From assembly GCA_025456145.1 (NCBI GenBank), contig JALOLD010000002.1, positions 61,549-125,548 on the forward strand: 64,000 nt of DNA. Reading direction: 5' to 3'. The notes under the pieces were generated by a model. That model saw only the letters and a program-made list of their open reading frames with translations, was not told the origin of the DNA and made no database searches. Position numbers and translations under genes: made by a program. This document shows, piece by piece, positions 60,097-64,000 of this stretch; the first letter of the stretch is position 1; each line of letters opens with the position of its first letter. This stretch comes from Thermoanaerobaculales bacterium. Its GTDB lineage: Bacteria > Acidobacteriota > Thermoanaerobaculia > Thermoanaerobaculales > Sulfomarinibacteraceae.

Positions 60097-61017
60097 ATGA
60101 GAGTTGCCTACTTCGAACCGCTGTCGCGAGCCTGGGGGCGGACCCGGGTCATCCTGTGGCAGCCGTTCGACCTGGCGAGGTGGCTCCTGCTCGCCTTCGC
60201 CGCCTGGGTCGCCGGGCTGACCACCGACGCCGGGTCGTCATTCGCCTTTCGCGGCGATGGCGACAAGGTGCTCTCGGGCCGGTTGGCCGGCTTCGACGAG
60301 GTCTGGGAGACTCTCGCGGACAACGCGATCTGGCTGCCGATCGTGGTTCTCGGGCTCATGATGTTCATCGCCCTGGCGGTGCTGCTGCTCTGGATCACCT
60401 CGCGGTTCAAGTTCATCTTCCTCGACAACCTGATTCGTAATCGGGCCGAGATCGTCGAGCCCTGGGGACGGCACGAGGGGCTCGGCAACTCGCTCTTCTT
60501 GTGGCGGCTGTGCTTCGCGGCCGCCTGCATCGCCGGCCTCGCGCTGGTCGCCGTGGTCTTCTTCGGGCCGGCGGCCGGGCTGTCGCTGCACGACGCCCTG
60601 GCCGGTCTGTCGGTCGCCGCCGGCGTCCTCGGGGTGCTCGGGATGATCGTGTTCGGCATCGCCGCCGCCTATGTCGGGCTGTTCACCGAGAGCTTCGTCA
60701 TCCCGATCATGTACCGCTATGACCTCAAGGTCCTCGAGGCCTGGAAGGCGCTGCTGCCGTGGCTCCGCTTCCGGCCGGCCCACTTCGTGCTCTACGGACT
60801 CTTCGTGCTGCTGCTCACGGTGGTGTTCGCCGCCTTCTTCAGCGTCTTCTGCCTGATGACCTGCTGTATCGCCGCCGTGCCGTACGTCGGGACCGCGCTG
60901 CTGCTGCCGGTGTGGGTGACCTACCGCCTTCTGTCGGTCGAGTTCATCGCCCAGCTCCACCCCGATCTCGACCTCTTCCGGCCGCTCCCCGAGCCCGTGG
61001 GCTCGCCGGAGACCTAG
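60097..61017 (+). CDS. Polytopic membrane protein of unknown function (306 aa)
   Basis: Six or seven hydrophobic helices. GAGGAGG SD. No motif recognised. Confidence 0.65.
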   Translation: MRVAYFEPLSRAWGRTRVILWQPFDLARWLLLAFAAWVAGLTTDAGSSFAFRGDGDKVLSGRLAGFDEVWETLADNAIWLPIVVLGLMMFIALAVLLLWITSRFKFIFLDNLIRNRAEIVEPWGRHEGLGNSLFLWRLCFAAACIAGLALVAVVFFGPAAGLSLHDALAGLSVAAGVLGVLGMIVFGIAAAYVGLFTESFVIPIMYRYDLKVLEAWKALLPWLRFRPAHFVLYGLFVLLLTVVFAAFFSVFCLMTCCIAAVPYVGTALLLPVWVTYRLLSVEFIAQLHPDLDLFRPLPEPVGSPET

Positions 61018-61220
61018 GGGCGGGGACCGGCGGGTTCTCAGGAGCCCCGGCCTTCGCTGTCGCTGCCATCGGGCACGGGCCCGGGTACGGTCGGATACGG
61101 AAACGAAGACGGCCGAGGGAGAGAGAAGAGGGGATGACCGGGGAAGCTGGCGCGGCGGGGAGGGGTTGAGTACAATACGCCGTCCCGCCCGGCAGGGGGA
61201 CCCCGGAACGGAGTGACACC

Positions 61221-62352
61221 ATGCTCGATGATCTGATCCATCAGGCCGACAGCGAGGTCGAGCGCGTCCGGCGCCTCCGGGGGTACCTTTGACCTCGAGG
61301 CGCTGACCGCGCAGCTCGCCGAGGTCGACGAACAGGCACAGGATCCCGATATCTGGTCGGACCAGGACCGCGCCCGGACGGTCATGCGCCGGCGTGCCGA
61401 GCTCCAGGAGCGGATGAGCTCCGCCGACACGCTGCGCCAGGCCGCCGACGAGCTCGAGGTGCTCGCCGAGATGGCCCGCGATGGCGACGAAGGCATCGAC
61501 GCCGAGCTCGAGGCGGCGCTCAAGCGCTTCACCCCCGAGCTCGACCGGATCGAGCTCGAGGCGCGGATGACCGGCGACCACGACACCTCGAACGCTTTTG
61601 TCGAGATCCGCCCCGGCGCCGGCGGCACCGAGTCGGCCGACTGGGCCGAGATGCTGCTGCGGATGTACCTGCGGTGGTGCGAGCGGCGCGGCTTCTCGGT
61701 CGAGGTGATCGACGAGCAGCCGGCCGAGGAGGCGGGGATCAAGGGCGCGACGCTGCTCGTCAAGGGGCCCTACGCCTACGGTAACCTCAAGTCCGAGAAC
61801 GGCGTCCACCGGCTGGTCCGGATCTCCCCCTTCGACCAGCAGGCGCGCCGCCACACCTCCTTCGCCTCGGCCCACATCTACCCCGAGATCGACGAGGAGA
61901 TCGACCTCGAGATCCCCGAGAAGGACATCCGGGTCGACCGCTACTGCTCGTCCGGTCCGGGGGGTCAGGGCGTCAACACGACCTACTCGGCGGTGAGGCT
62001 GGTGCACGAGCCGACCGGGATCATCGTCACCTGCCAGAACGAGCGGTCGCAGATCAAGAACCTGGCGAGCGCGATGAAGGTGCTCAAGGCGCGGCTCTAT
62101 GAGCTCGAGGTCCAGCGCCGCGAGGAGGAGCTCGACAAGCTCAAGGGCCCGAAGAAGGACATCTCCTGGGGCAATCAGATCCGCTCGTACGTCCTCCAGC
62201 CCTACCGGATGGTCAAGGACCTGCGGACCGGGCACGAGGTCGGCGCCGCCGACCGGGTGCTCGACGGCGATCTCGACGGCTTCATCGAGGCCTTCCTCCA
62301 CTGGCAGGCCCAGGGCGGCAGGCCGGTGGTCGACGAGGGCGCCGACGGCTGA
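61221..62352 (+). CDS. prfB: Peptide chain release factor 2, expressed via programmed +1 frameshift (61221..61289 joined to 61291..62352)
   Basis: Frame 0 gives MLDDLIHQADSEVERVRRLRGYL then UGA at 61290-61292. The +1 frame continues DLEALTAQLAEVDEQAQDPDIW... and carries the RF2 motifs SPF (RISPFD) and GGQ (SGPGGQGVNTT). Confidence 0.93.
61278..61293 (+). other. prfB autoregulatory frameshift site
   Basis: CGG GGG TAC CTT TGA C: an internal SD-like GGGGG three nt upstream of the slippery CUU-UGA-C. Same layout as E. coli AGG GGG UAU CUU UGA C. Confidence 0.88.
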
Positions 62353-62361
62353 CGTCGGGGG

Positions 62362-64000
62362 TCAGTCGACGCTGCCCGCGCGGCGGGCCCGCAGCGTCTC
62401 GAGGTTCTTCCTGACCCGGGCGTTGTCCGGCTCGAGGGCGAGCGCCCGCTCGAGCGCGGCGATCGCGGTCTCGAGATCGCCCGCCAGGTAGGCGACGTTG
62501 GCGCGGTACTGGTGGACCATCGGCAGATCGGGCGCCAGCCCCTCGGCCTCGTCGAGGAGCCGCCCCGCGGCCTCGTAGTCGCCCCGACGCGCCTCCTGGG
62601 CGGCCGTGACGGCGAGCTCGGCGGCCCGCCGCTCGGCCTCGTTCCGCGGCTCGTACACCCTGGCCGAGCCGGTGACCCGCTCGAGGCCGGCGCGGGCCCC
62701 TTCATGGTCGCCGTCGGCGCGCAGCGTCGCCCGGTACATCTCGGCCGCCGCCTCGCCGTCGCCGCGGCGCTCGAGGATGAGCCCGCGGTTGAAGGCGACC
62801 TTCGGGTCGGCGGGCGCCAGCGCCCCGGCACGATCGAGGGCCTCGAGGGCCTCGTCGTCCCGGCCCAGGCTCGACAGCGCGACCGCCAGGTTGAGGTGGA
62901 GGGCCGGGTTCTCCGGGTCGGCGGCGAGAAGCGACGCGAAGGCCGCCGCCGCCTCCTCGAAGCGGCCGGCGCGGAGCAGCATGTCGGCCTCGGACCGGCT
63001 GGTCGCCGGCGGGCTCTCGTCGGCTTCGAGATAGCCGAGGGCCTCGAGGTGGGCGAGCACCTCGCGGTCGACGCCGGCGTCGGAGGCTCCCGCGGCGGGT
63101 CGGTCGGCGGTCTCGTAGGATGCGACCCTCGGGAGCGGCTCCGGGTCGGTCAGCGCCTCGACGAGCACCCGGCCGTTCATCTCGTCGGAGGCCGGGAGCC
63201 CGAGCAGCTCGAGGATGGTCGGGGTGATGTCCGCCTGGCGGGCGCCCTCGATCCTCACCCCCGCCCGGACCCCGGCGCCGGCCATGAAGAGGATGCCGTC
63301 GAGATCGTGGAACGCGTCGCTGACCCGACGCATCGAGGTCGTGATCGTCGGGTCGTCGTGCAGCTTGCCGAGCTTGAAGCCGTGGTCGGAGAGCACGATC
63401 AGCGCGGTCCGATCATCCATCAGGCCGGCGTACTCGCCGACCAGCTCGTCGGCCCGGCGGTAGATCTCCTCGACCGCCCGGCCGTACCGGCGCTGCTGCT
63501 CGGCGAGGTCCCCGGCGAGGTCGCCGGCCCGGAAGAGGTGACCGAAGAGGTGTGACACCGAGTCGGTGCCCTCGATATAGACCATCAGGAGCTCGGGCCC
63601 GTCCACCTCCCAGATTCGCCGGCCGATCCGGCTGTAGGAGTCGGCGGTGGCGAGCGCCCAGCGGAGGTGGCTGATGTCGTCGGCGAAGTCGAAGGGACGC
63701 TCGAGCTCGGCCGGGTCGACGGTGACATAGCGGCTCGCCTCGGCGAAGCCGACATCGTCGGGCCGGCGGATCAGCGCCTCGAGCTCGGCGGCGCGCTCCG
63801 GCGGGAAGATCGCCCCCTCGGTGCGGGCGGCGCCGCGCTGGCCCTCGCCGAACAGCAGATGGAAGCAGGCGTGGTCGCTGACGATGACGCCGTTGACCGC
63901 CTCGGGCGGCCAGCTCGCCCACCAGCCGACGACCCCGACCCGGCGGCCGGCCGCCGAGGCGATGTTCCACACCGCGTCGACCCTTCGCATGGTGCTCGTC
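62362..64000 (-). CDS. Alkaline-phosphatase-superfamily (type I phosphodiesterase-like) protein fused to C-terminal TPR repeats; N-terminus probably beyond the window
   Basis: TDSVSHLFGH and LIVLSDHGF metal-site-like motifs. The C-terminal ~200 aa are TPR (AEMYRATLRADGDHEGA.., LERALALEPDNARVRKNL). The frame is open to the window edge. Confidence 0.72.
   Translation of the reverse strand, partial: TSTMRRVDAVWNIASAAGRRVGVVGWWASWPPEAVNGVIVSDHACFHLLFGEGQRGAARTEGAIFPPERAAELEALIRRPDDVGFAEASRYVTVDPAELERPFDFADDISHLRWALATADSYSRIGRRIWEVDGPELLMVYIEGTDSVSHLFGHLFRAGDLAGDLAEQQRRYGRAVEEIYRRADELVGEYAGLMDDRTALIVLSDHGFKLGKLHDDPTITTSMRRVSDAFHDLDGILFMAGAGVRAGVRIEGARQADITPTILELLGLPASDEMNGRVLVEALTDPEPLPRVASYETADRPAAGASDAGVDREVLAHLEALGYLEADESPPATSRSEADMLLRAGRFEEAAAAFASLLAADPENPALHLNLAVALSSLGRDDEALEALDRAGALAPADPKVAFNRGLILERRGDGEAAAEMYRATLRADGDHEGARAGLERVTGSARVYEPRNEAERRAAELAVTAAQEARRGDYEAAGRLLDEAEGLAPDLPMVHQYRANVAYLAGDLETAIAALERALALEPDNARVRKNLETLRARRAGSVD

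Noticed and set aside
1-64000. Window-wide scan by eye for CRISPR arrays, transposases/IS ends, integrases, phage genes, toxin-antitoxin pairs, reverse transcriptases and rRNA.
   Set aside because: No spaced direct-repeat arrays and no DDE, tyrosine/serine-recombinase or RT motifs were seen in any well-supported ORF. The only strong repeats are intragenic: the giant-gene modules and the Gly tract.

Overview
This is a high-GC window (roughly 70% by eye), single-copy, with no rRNA, CRISPR array, transposase or integrase that I could see. A TIGR03436-style 'VWFA-related Acidobacterial domain' protein makes an Acidobacteriota-like origin plausible, but that is inference only. Gene starts were placed by hand from the ORF track, using SD sites, 4-nt overlaps and third-position GC. 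No searches were run, so all family calls rest on motifs visible in the translations.

Layout:
- 1-9.7 kb: core bioenergetics. nuoD'(partial)-H-I-J-K-L-M-N runs directly into an F0-only atp block (atpZ-like, atpI, atpB, atpE).
- 9.8-17.6 kb: an orphan ECF/SigE-like sigma factor, an MDR quinone oxidoreductase, a three-gene glycan cluster (polytopic membrane protein, GT2, UGM-like flavoenzyme), purA and tRNA-Lys.
- 17.6-21.3 kb: an AsmA-like anchored protein and an FG-GAP/PQQ-like propeller, followed by tRNA-Glu.
- 21.3-34.3 kb: an OmpR-type response regulator and histidine kinase, a Lon-N domain protein, a VWA protein, a TPR + 2x cNMP-binding protein, an S55 (SpoIVB-like) peptidase coupled to a propeller/Ig protein, coaD and a GT4.
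- 34.3-55.2 kb: the accessory region of interest, described below.
- 55.2-64 kb: an aminotransferase, a NicO-type metal transporter, a YdiJ-like FAD/Fe-S oxidoreductase, a membrane protein, prfB with its programmed +1 frameshift, and a partial alkaline-phosphatase-family/TPR protein.

Main candidate system (34.3-55.2 kb):
- An XRE-TPR-secreted-protein operon is divergent from wzm, and a perfect 12-bp AT palindrome sits in the shared promoter region.
- wzm is separated from its wzt partner by a 10.6-kb block of signal-peptide genes.
- That block holds an FG-GAP/VCBS protein and an orphan acidic 502-aa protein. The 502-aa gene has tandem consensus promoters, a ~150-nt AT-rich leader and a textbook terminator.
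- It also holds a 1868-aa propeller/PKD/BACON-like giant with a 25-residue poly-Gly tether and its own consensus promoter, plus a LolA-like protein.
- Downstream of wzt come translationally coupled GT4, GT2 and GNAT genes, small ORFs, a large polytopic GT-C/ligase-like membrane protein and a stand-alone HEAGH metallopeptidase.
- I interpret this as a candidate surface-layer/sheath structural and glycosylation locus. That interpretation is unproven.
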